Source: Promethearchaeota archaeon (lineage in GTDB: Archaea; Asgardarchaeota; Lokiarchaeia; Sigyniarchaeales; SOKP01). From it: a DNA stretch of 64,000 nt. The position numbers and the translations under genes were made by a program. The DNA lies in the NCBI GenBank assembly GCA_019058245.1, contig JAHPZJ010000010.1, forward strand, positions 78,224 to 142,223, read 5' to 3'. The notes below the pieces were generated by a model. The model was not told the DNA's origin, searched no databases, and saw only the letters and a program-made list of their open reading frames with translations. Each line of letters begins with the position of its first letter. Position 1 is the first letter of the stretch. Of this stretch, positions 40,930 to 51,226 are shown in pieces.

Positions 40930-42375
40930 ATGGTACGTTATAAGTGGACTGTATTAATAATAACGACTATTGGAGTATTTATGTCTTCTTTAGATGCAAG
41001 TATCGTAAATATTGCGATACCTTCTCTTTCAAGAGATTTAAAAACATCATTTGAAGTTGTCCAATGGATTCCGATAATATATTTGTTAGTTCAAGCAGTT
41101 ACGCTCATCGGTTTCGGGAGATTATCGGACTTAAAAGGAAGAAAATTATTTTTTTTGTTTGGAATCTTTCTTTTTACATTTGCAAGTTTTTTTTCTACAT
41201 TTGCAGCCTCTGGAATTATATTAGTAATTTTTAGAGCTATCCAAGGTCTTGGTAGTTCCTTTATATCAGCGAATGCTCCTTCTATGATAACAGACATTTT
41301 TCCTCGAGAAGAGACTGGTAAAGCGTTAGGTATTAATGTTGCAACTATATATTTAGGATTAATTATTGGACCCGTTTTAGGAGGAATAATTGTCCAATTT
41401 TCCACTTGGAGGCTTATATTCTTTATAAACGTTCCAATAGGATTTATACTCATAATTGTGGGATGGTTTAAGCTAAGAAAAGTAAATCCGGGAATAAAAG
41501 AAGAGAGATTTGATATTTGGGGGACACTACTCTTTATGTCATTCTTAGTTACTTTGCTTTTAGCATTGACCATCGCTAACCTAGTTGGATGGGGTTCTAT
41601 TCAAGTTATTTTATTATTGATTATTTCAACATCAAGTATTATCTTATTCATTTATATAGAAAGTAAAGCAAAATATCCATTATTTAAACTAAGTTTATTT
41701 AGAAGAAATAGAGTGTTTTCATTTGCTAATTTTGCCGCTTTATTCAATTATACAGCAATATCTGGGGTTAGTTTTTTACTTTCAATATATCTTCAATCAA
41801 TATTAGGAATCTCGCCTGCTATTACGGCTTTATTTTTATTACCGACAACAATTACAATGGCCAGTATAGCCCCATTAAGTGGGAGATTTTCAGATAAATG
41901 GGGAACTAGGATTTTAACGACGTTAGGTATGGTTATTATGGCGATTGGATATGTCATTTTAAGTATATTTATAAGATTTTTACCTATAATATATATTCTA
42001 ATAACCCAATTTGTGGTTGGATTTGGGATTGGACTATTCTCTTCTCCGAATAATTCTGCTATCATGAATGCTGTAGAACCAAAAGATCACGGGATTGCTG
42101 CTGGAACTCTTTCTACCATGCGTGTGGTTGGACAATCAATTAGCGTAGCATTATTAAGTGCAATATTAACTCTTTTCATCCCTCTCTCCATTCTAAATCC
42201 AATATTATCAAATTCAACATTACTAACAGATCCTACTGCAAAACAAGAATTCATAATAGGTATGCAAATTTTATTAATTGTTTCATCAATAATTTGCTTT
42301 ATTGGGGCTTTCTTGTCATATATGAGAGGGAAAAAAGCTTTAAATGACAATATTGATTTTAAAAAAGCTATATAA
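40930..42375 (+). CDS. MFS drug:H+ antiporter (DHA2/EmrB-like)
   Basis: LDASIVNIA, GRLSDLKGRK, FRAIQGLG, WRLIFFINVPIG. Confidence 0.92.
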   Translation: MVRYKWTVLIITTIGVFMSSLDASIVNIAIPSLSRDLKTSFEVVQWIPIIYLLVQAVTLIGFGRLSDLKGRKLFFLFGIFLFTFASFFSTFAASGIILVIFRAIQGLGSSFISANAPSMITDIFPREETGKALGINVATIYLGLIIGPVLGGIIVQFSTWRLIFFINVPIGFILIIVGWFKLRKVNPGIKEERFDIWGTLLFMSFLVTLLLALTIANLVGWGSIQVILLLIISTSSIILFIYIESKAKYPLFKLSLFRRNRVFSFANFAALFNYTAISGVSFLLSIYLQSILGISPAITALFLLPTTITMASIAPLSGRFSDKWGTRILTTLGMVIMAIGYVILSIFIRFLPIIYILITQFVVGFGIGLFSSPNNSAIMNAVEPKDHGIAAGTLSTMRVVGQSISVALLSAILTLFIPLSILNPILSNSTLLTDPTAKQEFIIGMQILLIVSSIICFIGAFLSYMRGKKALNDNIDFKKAI

Positions 42376-42479
42376 ATTCCAATTTAATACTCAAAATTAA
42401 AATATAATATTTCGGAAGCAGAATTTGAAATTGAAAAGATATTAAAAAAATAAAAAAAATTGCTTTCAAAAATGATTAT

Positions 42480-43780
42480 TCATGTCCCCTCAAGAAAACC
42501 GTGGATATAATTATATTGCTCTTCAGTTAGTTTATCAATCTCAACGCCCATGGATTGAAGTTTTAAAAAGCCCACCATGTCATCTATCTCTACTGGAACA
42601 TCTATCATTCCTGACTTTAATTTATCTTTATTTTTTACGATATACTCAGACATTAAAGATTGTAAGCCAAATGACATATCCATGACTTCAGCGGGATGCC
42701 CTTCAGAGAGCACTAAATTAGCCAAGCGTCCTTTTGCAAGTAAATATACTTTCTTACCATTAGGCATTAGCAGTTCTTCTACATTTGAACGAATAGGTTT
42801 TATCTCCTTTGCGTAATCGTAGAGCTCTTTAGTTGGAATTTATTGATTTAACACGAAATATGTGCAAAATTTTCAATATCAAAGTGCCCTAAATTACCCA
42901 AAATAACTCCCTCCTTCAATTTGTCGAACACTTCTTTTCTCGGAGCAATGACATGTTTACATCCTGTAGCAGTTAGAATTATATCTGCGTCCTGTAAAGC
43001 TTTCTCAATAGGCATAACTTGATAACCTGAGAATTTAGCTTGGAGGGCCTTAATTGGATCAACTTCAGTTACAATTACATTCGCACCAAGACCCCTTGCC
43101 CTCAAAGCCATCCCACTACTGCAATGTCCATATCCAGCAATAACTACATTCTTTCCAGCAAAAAGAACATGCATTCCATAAATTGCAGAAACTATACCTT
43201 GACCTGTACCTAATTCATTATCAAATTGATTCTTACATCGAGCATCATTAACAGGAAATAGTGGCACTTTTAATACTCCTTGTTTATCCATTGCCCTGAA
43301 TCTTTTAACTCCAGTGGTAGTTTCTTCCTGACACGCAAGAATGTTATCAGAATTTATAAGATTTTCATATTCTTGATGAGCAGTGACTATCATATCACCG
43401 CCATCATCTATCAATATATTTGGTTTGGCGTCTAAACATTTCCTTATACACCAATAGAATTCTTCATCAGTATTACCATGCCAAGCAAAGACATTAATTC
43501 CTTCCTTTATTAATGCTGCAGCTACATCATCCTGAGTTGATAAAGGGTTACTACCGCACAGATAGACTTCAGCACCACCCGCTTTAAGAGTCAAAGCAAG
43601 ATTACCCGTTTCTTTCGTTACATGTAAACAACCAGCTACTGTTATATCCTTTAGTGGTTTTTCTTTTTGAAATCTTTCACGAATCACCTTAGCAGTTACA
43701 GGCATTTTACTTTCTGCAATATACAGTGCTTCTTTTCCTTTTTCAGCTAGACTTTCATCAGCTACTTTATAATTGACCAT
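42480..43780 (-). CDS. ahcY: S-adenosylhomocysteine hydrolase, two exons (43780-42872 and 42839-42480), 422 aa if spliced
   Basis: SNPLSTQD, DDGGD, EETTTG, GYG, TEVDP, GHFDIE | IP..GRLANL..GHP.EVMDMSF. Confidence 0.9.
42840..42871 (-). other. Candidate 32-nt BHB intron in the ahcY mRNA
   Basis: 4-bp helix ATTG/CAAT, two AAA bulges and an intron stem; predicted cuts restore GAA|ATT in frame. Confidence 0.8.
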
Positions 43781-43899
43781 TTAAATCACTTTATTTTTTG
43801 TAAGAATATTAATTTTAATTAATTAATAAAACTTTTTTTGGTCAAGTGCAATTAATTTATATATAATATTTAACATTTAATTAATAATAAGAAAAAAAA

Positions 43900-44871
43900 T
43901 TGGATATTTGTCATAATTTGAATAATATCATAGATCAAGTAGAAGCCCAAAAATTTATAAAAAACTTAAGTGGAAAAACCAAATTTATCATTTCAAAAAT
44001 TTCACATGCGCTTGGACTCTCTAGGCAAACCTATCAAAATAAACTTGATAGTTTGAGAGTTCAAAAAATAATTAAGAATTTTACAATAAACATTAATCCA
44101 AATATTCGTCCAAATGCCTTGAAATATGTAATGATGGAAATCAAAACCAATCCAAAAGAACCTAAGCTAGTAAAAGAATTATTAGATATACCTCAACTAA
44201 GAATGTTGGATGGTATTATTGGAGATTTTTCATTATTTGCCTTATTTGTCTTTAAATCTCCTGAAGAATACTATCAAATTTTAAATAATATTGATAAAAT
44301 TATGGCAAAGTCATACTTTAAAAAATATCAAATTATTGACACCATAAAAGTATTTAAAACAAATGGAATTAGTCTTAAAAATTTAAAAGTGACTGAATTA
44401 GACGATATTGATTATGAAATTTTGAATATACTTCGAGATAATCAAGGACTTAAGCCAATATCCACTTATGAGATAAGAAATATATTTAAAGAAAAACTTC
44501 AGAATGAAATATCTCAATCAACGATTCATAACAGAATTAAAAAACTCGAAGAGCAAGATATTATTTTAAATTATACTATTAATTTTTATCCAAAGAAAAT
44601 TGGGTTCGAAGGAAAATATCTCCTTCGAATTAAACCAAAAGATCCATCAAAATATAGCGAACTTGCTTTCAAATTGGATATGAACAAGAAGATTACTGAT
44701 TTATTTCGAATAGGTGAGCAATATGGACTCTTTGCAATTGTGAGAGTAAAAAAAATAGAAGATTATGCTTCATTTATAAGAGATTTATATAGTACAGAAG
44801 ATATTGAAGATACTTATACAAATTTTGTATTGGATGAATTAAAACCATATTTAAATTTCTCATTGTTTTAA
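43900..44871 (+). CDS. Lrp/AsnC-family regulator with duplicated HTH-RAM units
   Basis: Two HTHs (ISHALGLSRQT; SQSTIHNRIKKLE), each followed by a RAM-like domain. Confidence 0.85.
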   Translation: MDICHNLNNIIDQVEAQKFIKNLSGKTKFIISKISHALGLSRQTYQNKLDSLRVQKIIKNFTININPNIRPNALKYVMMEIKTNPKEPKLVKELLDIPQLRMLDGIIGDFSLFALFVFKSPEEYYQILNNIDKIMAKSYFKKYQIIDTIKVFKTNGISLKNLKVTELDDIDYEILNILRDNQGLKPISTYEIRNIFKEKLQNEISQSTIHNRIKKLEEQDIILNYTINFYPKKIGFEGKYLLRIKPKDPSKYSELAFKLDMNKKITDLFRIGEQYGLFAIVRVKKIEDYASFIRDLYSTEDIEDTYTNFVLDELKPYLNFSLF

Positions 44872-45023
44872 ACGTAATGATTCATAATATTGTAATAATT
44901 ATAAGTCTTACAAAATATTTAGTGAAAGATTAGTTAAATTCATAAATTCTTAATAATTTTGAGAGATTTCATAATTTAAAGTTAAAAAATTTATATTACT
45001 AAATAATATTTTTTTATGAAGAT

Positions 45024-47108
45024 ATGACATATCTCTTTGAAGTTTTAGCCACTAAGATTGGTTATTCTAGAATTGGACGAATTCTATTTTCTAAAGAACG
45101 AAAATTATATATTTCGACACCTAATTTAATTGTTCCTATAAAAAGTGCATTAATGAAACAATTGAACTTTATCCAAGAGTTTGAGGATCATAAGATTTTC
45201 ACTATTTCAAAAGAATTTTTCTTAAAAATTGGATTTTTACGAGAGAAATTTATAAATAATGGATTTATTTTCACTTATCCTGGAACAATTCAGAAATTTC
45301 AAAATATATTAGAAAAAAATACCAGAATTTTTACTGAGGATAACATAATATCAATCATTCCGTTTAATATCCCTACTACTAGCATTAATAAAGAATTTGC
45401 TCTAACAGAGATAAAAAATTATCTTCAATATGCAGAAAAAATTGTAAAAAATTATCCCAATTTAAATTTCGGCTTATCAATAAGAACATTTGATTTTGCT
45501 GAATTATTTGGTCTTTTTGTTGAAACTATAAATCAATTCGAAAATATTAAAATATTGAATTTAGTTGACCTTTTTGATAATTTAAGTAACTTTAGAAATA
45601 AGCTAAAAATTATCTCGAGGATAAAGAGAGAATTAGATAATAACTTAATTTTAATGGCCTCAGGCAGGATTATTCCAAAATATTATCCATTATTAGTATA
45701 TTTAGGGATAGATCTAATTGATTGTTCATATTCACTGTTTTTATCCGCTGAAAACTTCTATGATACGATAGAGTATCTATTACCTATATATAAGATAAAA
45801 TATTTTCCTTGTTCTTGCATAGCTTGTAAAGACAATTTAAAAACTAAAATTAAGAATAAATATTCCTCTGAAAAAATTGACTTATTGTGTATACACAATT
45901 TAATTACCGCCTCAAATTACATGAATAAGATTAAACAGTATTTGAATTATGAAGAGTTCCGAGGGTTTGTAGAAAAATCTTCTATGGATGATATAAATTT
46001 AATTTCGATATTAAGAGTATTAGATAAAAAATATTATGAAGATCTTAAGTACGAAACGCCACTAATACAAAAAAATAAAATAGTAAAAAGTCTAGGTCCT
46101 TCATCATATCATAGACCAGATTTTCAATTTTTTAGAGAAAATACAATTAAATTTTTTGAATCCGAATATTGGACTAATTTAATAATTCTATTACCTTGTT
46201 CAGCAAAAAAGCCTTATTCACAATCAAAATCACATAAAAAGTTTTACAATATTATAAGGAAATTTAGAGAATTTCCTAATTTTCAAGAGTTTATTTTAAC
46301 TTCACCTTTAGGAGTAATACCAAGACAGTTGGAAAATGTATATCCTGTTAATGCTTATGATATCTCCGTTACGGGTGAATGGGATAATGAAGAAATCAAT
46401 ATTACATCTGAAATGCTTGTTAAATTATTGGAAAAATATGATAAAAATATCCCTATAATAAGTCATTTACAAAATGGATATCTTGAAATTGTCAAGAGAG
46501 CATCCTCCAAATTACCTCATAAATTTTACTTTTCCGAAATTGAAGATAAAATGACTTCCAATAAATCACTTCAATCATTAGAAGAACTGATTAAAAAGTA
46601 TAAAGATTTATATCAAGTTAAAATTGAAAATCCAAATAAAGACTATTTATCAAAAACATGGAGTAGAAAGATTGTAAAAGTTTTAGATTATCAATTTGGA
46701 ATTGGCTCAGGAAATAAAATTAATTCCAATGGTTTAAAACTGGATCATTTAAAAGCTAATAATAAGAGTGATATAAGAGATTTAAAAACTCAAGAAAAAT
46801 TGGGTGTATTTAATTTTTCAACAGGTCAAATCATACTATCAATTAAAGGGCTTAGAAAATTAGTTCAATCTCCTCAAACGATTAGTTCTCACTATATTGT
46901 TTTCGATGGGGACGAAATTCAAGGAAATACATTATTTCGTAAGGGTGTATCAGAATATAGTCAAGATCTTATCCCTTACAGTCAAGTGATGATAGTTAAT
47001 AAAGAAAAGAAAGAGATCATTGGGAGTGGAGAATTAATTGTTAGTTCTAATTTCATAAAAAATTCTAAAAATGGGAGAATTGCAAAAATCTATGAACCAA
47101 CGCAATAA
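45024..47108 (+). CDS. arcS: Archaeosine synthase alpha subunit
   Basis: TGT-like N-terminus (YLGID..D, CSC..C, HN); LLPCSAKKPY..SKSH, TSPLG..PR.LE.YP..YD..VTG.W; PUA; adjacent to RaSEA. Confidence 0.9.
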   Translation: MTYLFEVLATKIGYSRIGRILFSKERKLYISTPNLIVPIKSALMKQLNFIQEFEDHKIFTISKEFFLKIGFLREKFINNGFIFTYPGTIQKFQNILEKNTRIFTEDNIISIIPFNIPTTSINKEFALTEIKNYLQYAEKIVKNYPNLNFGLSIRTFDFAELFGLFVETINQFENIKILNLVDLFDNLSNFRNKLKIISRIKRELDNNLILMASGRIIPKYYPLLVYLGIDLIDCSYSLFLSAENFYDTIEYLLPIYKIKYFPCSCIACKDNLKTKIKNKYSSEKIDLLCIHNLITASNYMNKIKQYLNYEEFRGFVEKSSMDDINLISILRVLDKKYYEDLKYETPLIQKNKIVKSLGPSSYHRPDFQFFRENTIKFFESEYWTNLIILLPCSAKKPYSQSKSHKKFYNIIRKFREFPNFQEFILTSPLGVIPRQLENVYPVNAYDISVTGEWDNEEINITSEMLVKLLEKYDKNIPIISHLQNGYLEIVKRASSKLPHKFYFSEIEDKMTSNKSLQSLEELIKKYKDLYQVKIENPNKDYLSKTWSRKIVKVLDYQFGIGSGNKINSNGLKLDHLKANNKSDIRDLKTQEKLGVFNFSTGQIILSIKGLRKLVQSPQTISSHYIVFDGDEIQGNTLFRKGVSEYSQDLIPYSQVMIVNKEKKEIIGSGELIVSSNFIKNSKNGRIAKIYEPTQ

Positions 47109-48192
47109 TCTTTTGGAAGAAAGAAATTCTTTAATCGAAAAAATTAATTCGATCAAGCAAGACGCTTATAGACGGAAAAATATTTACAGAAAAGAACAAC
47201 TTTCACGACCAATAAGTTATTGGATAAAAAACGATAGGTTATTAAATGAAATAGGAAAGACTTTCACAATAATTTTACGGACAAGAGGATGTAGTTGGGC
47301 ATTAAGTAAGTATGGAGGATGTTCTATGTGTGGATATTATTTAGATGCCAATAACGCTGATGTACCTGTTGCTGATCTTATAGAACAATTTAATTATGCA
47401 TTTGATGATAAGATTAATGAAATCAAGAAAGATACAGATAATTTTGTTTTTAAATTATTTAATTCTGGTAGTTTTTTAGATGAAAAAGAAATACCCAAAA
47501 AAGTCAGGACCTACATTTATGAAAAAATTTCAAAATTAGATAAAATTAAGGAAGTAGTTATTGAATCACGTGTGGAATATATTACTAAAGAAAATTTAGA
47601 GGAAATTTCAGAGTATTTTGAAAAAAAGCACTTTGAAATTGCTATTGGACTTGAAACTGTAGACGATTACATTAGGAATAATTATATAAATAAAGGGTTA
47701 TTATTTAAGGATTTTAGAGATGCCTTGAAAAGATGTAAAGACATGGGCATTGGAGTGAAAGTATATTTATTGTTTAAACCATTATTTTTAAATGAACAAG
47801 CGGCAATTGATGATTGCTCTAATTCAATACAGATATTAAAAAGTCTAGGAGTAAATTCTATTTCAATTAACCCAATGAATATTCAAAAAGGTACCCTTAC
47901 AGAATATTTATGGTTTCAGAAGAGATATCGTCCACCATGGTTTTACTCCTTATTTAAATGTATTAAAAAAACCTTTGATAAAGGAGGATTAAATAATATA
48001 CGAATATTAAGTGATCCTTCGGGAGCTGGTACAAAAAGAGGAATCCATAATTGTTTAAAGAAAAAATGTGAGAATTCTGCAAAAACAAAACTTAAAAACT
48101 TTGTTTTAACACAAGATATAACTGAATTAGAACAACAAGAATATGAATGTGATTGTAAGAAAAACTATAGTTTGACAAAAGATTTTCACTAA
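47071..48192 (+). CDS. Archaeosine biosynthesis radical SAM protein RaSEA
   Basis: ILRTRGCSW....GGCSMCGY, SGSFLD, ESR, GLET, YRPPW, GAG..RG.HNC. Confidence 0.9.
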   Translation: MGELQKSMNQRNNLLEERNSLIEKINSIKQDAYRRKNIYRKEQLSRPISYWIKNDRLLNEIGKTFTIILRTRGCSWALSKYGGCSMCGYYLDANNADVPVADLIEQFNYAFDDKINEIKKDTDNFVFKLFNSGSFLDEKEIPKKVRTYIYEKISKLDKIKEVVIESRVEYITKENLEEISEYFEKKHFEIAIGLETVDDYIRNNYINKGLLFKDFRDALKRCKDMGIGVKVYLLFKPLFLNEQAAIDDCSNSIQILKSLGVNSISINPMNIQKGTLTEYLWFQKRYRPPWFYSLFKCIKKTFDKGGLNNIRILSDPSGAGTKRGIHNCLKKKCENSAKTKLKNFVLTQDITELEQQEYECDCKKNYSLTKDFH

Positions 48193-48353
48193 AAAGTTAA
48201 TAATTGGTACTATATAGACTTATTAGGATATTATATTAAATTATTAAGTTATTATTAACCATTTTTGTCGAAATTCATTTAAAAAACATTATATTTAAAT
48301 ATTACCTACCATCATTTACTTTAATTTTAAATTTCATCTCTCTATAAGGGTAT

Positions 48354-48611
48354 TTGTTGAAGAAGAATTGGATTAAATTGAATTTATTCTATATTGGACA
48401 ATCAACTAAGAAACATCAAATATTTAGAGCAAAGGAGTGGGATAAAAGCTTAGAAAAGATTCTAAAAAGCACAATTTATAATGCAAAATATGAAAAAATT
48501 GGACACATTAAAGATATTTTTGGTCCAATAGAGTTTCCCTTTATATCTGTTAAAACTCTACAAACCCAATCATTTGGTTCAGATGAAAAATTCTATACTA
48601 AGATAGTTTAG
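48354..48611 (+). CDS. gar1: H/ACA RNP subunit Gar1
   Basis: IG.IKDIFGP..PFISVK; canonical position upstream of tfb. Confidence 0.82.
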   Translation: MLKKNWIKLNLFYIGQSTKKHQIFRAKEWDKSLEKILKSTIYNAKYEKIGHIKDIFGPIEFPFISVKTLQTQSFGSDEKFYTKIV

Positions 48612-48658
48612 TTTTCGTAAGAACTTCATTAATGTAAGATTATATATTTTAAAAGAAG

Positions 48659-49636
48659 GTGTCGTATATTTCTAATTGGAAAGAAGTGAAATCAGAAACA
48701 GAAGAACTCATAACTTTTGAAAATGATATATGTTCTGAATGTGGCGAAAATATATTTTTTGATGAAAACAGAGGGGTAATAGTTTGTGAAAAGTGTGGTT
48801 TAGTTCATTCAGAAAAGTATATAGATTGTGGACCAGAATGGAGAGCGTTTGATGCTGATCAGAAAAAAAAGAGAACTAGAACTGGTGCTCCAATGACATA
48901 TATGATACACGATAAAGGGCTCAGTACAATGATAGATTGGAAAAATAGAGATATTTTTGGCAAAGAAATACCCGCTAAATTAAGAGGTCAAATATATAGA
49001 TTGCGTAAATGGCAAAGTCGTATAAGAGTTTCTGATGCAACTGAAAGAAATCTTACATTTGCTCTAAGTGAACTTGATAGAATGGCCTCCAATTTAGATC
49101 TTCAAAAAAATTTACGAGAATGTTCAGCCAAAATATATCGAGATGCTGTTGAAGCCCATTTAATTCGTGGTAGAAGTATAGAGGGTGTAGCTGCTGCAAG
49201 TTTATATGCAGCTTGCAGAATGTATAAAATTCCACGAACTTTAAACGAGATTGCTGAAGTAGCTCGTGTTGATAAGAAAGAAATTGGTCGATCCTTTAGA
49301 TTTATTTCAAATGAATTATCACTAGAATTAAATCCTACTAGACCTATGGATTATCTTATAAGATTTATATCAGAGTTAAAACTACCAGCAAAATGTCAAA
49401 AAACAGCGAAATTGATAATTAGAATGGCAGAAGTGCGTGGTTTAACTTCAGGAAGAGGTCCAACAGGAGTTTGTGCCGCTGCGATTTATGCTTCATGTAT
49501 TTTAACCAATGAACGAAGAACTCAAAGAAAGATTGCACGAATTAGTGGTGTTACTGAAGTTACTGTGCGTAATCGGTTCAGTGAGATTGTGGAAAACCTT
49601 AATTTAGGGATATCATTAAAAAAAACACCTAAATAA
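48659..49636 (+). CDS. tfb: Transcription initiation factor IIB
   Basis: CSEC..CEKC zinc ribbon, [28 protein letters not shown]. Confidence 0.97.
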   Translation: MSYISNWKEVKSETEELITFENDICSECGENIFFDENRGVIVCEKCGLVHSEKYIDCGPEWRAFDADQKKKRTRTGAPMTYMIHDKGLSTMIDWKNRDIFGKEIPAKLRGQIYRLRKWQSRIRVSDATERNLTFALSELDRMASNLDLQKNLRECSAKIYRDAVEAHLIRGRSIEGVAAASLYAACRMYKIPRTLNEIAEVARVDKKEIGRSFRFISNELSLELNPTRPMDYLIRFISELKLPAKCQKTAKLIIRMAEVRGLTSGRGPTGVCAAAIYASCILTNERRTQRKIARISGVTEVTVRNRFSEIVENLNLGISLKKTPK

Positions 49637-49814
49637 TTGAAAAACTCAATTCTAATTAATTTGATGGAAGAATAATTCATCATATAATAATAGTTAATCC
49701 CTATAATATCTTCATATCATAGATTTATTGTCTAATTTTACTATGGTATATACTTTTTTTGATTGGACAATGATATTATCTCCATATTATAACATTTAAT
49801 GAGAATCTATCAAC

Positions 49815-50192
49815 TTGATTATATTAAATCAATTTGATGCATTAGGTGTAGTATTATTGGATAATCTAATAAACGAGAGTGAAGTTAGGTATTTTTTATA
49901 TAGAATAGAAAAAAATTTTCCCAATTTTGTTGCTGGTGTCATAACCGATAGACATGGTTTTCCAGTTGCTTCAAAAATCTCAAAGAAATTATGGGTTCTC
50001 GAAAATACATTAGCCTTATCTGCGATTACTAAGAATCGCGATTTTATAGAAGATTCTCAGCTGATTAAAGTTAAACGAGATTTAGATAAATCAAAAAATT
50101 ATAAGTTAATGATTTTATTAGAAAAATCTAAGGAAAATAAGAGTCGTATAAAGCTATTAAAATCTTTAATTAAATCTCAAGAACTTTTTTAG
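49815..50192 (+). CDS. Roadblock-like protein
   Basis: FVAGVITDRHGFPVAS. Confidence 0.55.
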   Translation: MIILNQFDALGVVLLDNLINESEVRYFLYRIEKNFPNFVAGVITDRHGFPVASKISKKLWVLENTLALSAITKNRDFIEDSQLIKVKRDLDKSKNYKLMILLEKSKENKSRIKLLKSLIKSQELF

Positions 50193-50400
50193 AGAAAAAT
50201 CTTTCTAAAAAAGAGTTTATAATTATCTTTTCTCGCATCCCGTAGAAAATTAGATACTTAACTAACATTTTTATATTTAAAATTTCTTCTTTATCTAAAG
50301 TAGAATTTAGCTAAAAATATAAAGATAAGTTTAAATAAATATATTTTAAACTTAAAGAAACTTTTAATATAAGAAAATTAAAATATAGGTTGATGTATAT

Positions 50401-50871
50401 TTGAATTACTCCGAGGACGAGATTAGATTAAAGAAGATTTTAATCTCAATTATCAATAGTGCCCCCGGATTAAAGTATGCTCTATTAACCGATGATACAG
50501 GAATAACAATTTTAAGTCAATCTAAATTTAAATTTTCTGATAGTGATGGGATCTCTGTAGAGAAAATTGGTGCTATAGGAGGTGCTGTTTTCGTTGCTGG
50601 TGAGGAGCAAGGTCATATTCTGGGTTATGGCGCTATTGGTCTTCAAATAACCGAATATCTTGAAGGAATGATATTTTCTATGAAAGTTGGTAAAGGAGTT
50701 TTATGTATTGTTGCAGATAAAAATGCACAAATAGGATTTATAAGAGCAACCATGAAAAAATGGGGTCCTATGCTTGAATCTATTTTAGGAAGGTATCTAC
50801 AATCTGATCAAGCAGAGCTTGGTAAGGAAATGAAGGAACTATTTAAATCTGATTCTATTGGTATGCTATAG
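50401..50871 (+). CDS. Roadblock/LC7 (MglB/LAMTOR-like) protein
   Basis: ALLTDDTGITILS, IGAIGGA, ITEYLEG, GVLCIVA..AQIGFIR. Confidence 0.8.
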   Translation: MNYSEDEIRLKKILISIINSAPGLKYALLTDDTGITILSQSKFKFSDSDGISVEKIGAIGGAVFVAGEEQGHILGYGAIGLQITEYLEGMIFSMKVGKGVLCIVADKNAQIGFIRATMKKWGPMLESILGRYLQSDQAELGKEMKELFKSDSIGML

Positions 50872-50875
50872 TTGA

Positions 50876-51185
50876 AATCAGCATATTATTGTTGCCTAAA
50901 ACACTAACTCTTATTTCTCATTCAATGGATTTTCCATAAAATCAAAATAGCTCTCTCGTGCTAGGCGTTTAATTTCTATGCCTTTTTAGGACATAATCAT
51001 GTTTCCTGTCTGGGTACTGACTCAAACTTCATTGCTGTTGGTATATACCATTGCTAAGTTAAGAGCCCATTTGTTCAGGAATATTACTGATTAATCAACT
51101 CAAGTGTAAGCGTACTCTTGCGCTACATAATCATATATAATCATATGTGCCCTCGACGACGCTAGTAATCAATCATAGTTGTCCC
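50876..51185 (-). ncRNA. Structured non-coding RNA, H/ACA guide-like with three hairpins
   Basis: Own BRE/TATA; raised GC; three hairpins, each followed by ANA; K-turn-like AAUGA motifs. Confidence 0.62.
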
Positions 51186-51208
51186 AATATAGTAAAAGAA
51201 TAAATTGA

Positions 51209-51226
51209 TTATAAAAATTTTTGTTT
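51209..51226 (-). promoter_or_regulatory. BRE/TATA promoter for the ncRNA
   Basis: AAACAAAAA-TTTTTATAA, 23 nt upstream of GGGAC. Confidence 0.55.

Noticed and set aside
42848-43780. ahcY as two separate genes or a simple frameshifted pseudogene
   Set aside because: The only lesion is one discrete BHB-forming insert and both halves keep their motifs. Disfavoured, but not excluded without RNA data.
50876-51185. RNase P RNA, SRP RNA, SECIS element or riboswitch
   Set aside because: No GAGGAAAGUCC-type P4 with bulged U, no SRP helix-8 motif, no in-frame UGA in the flanking genes, and no downstream gene on the same strand
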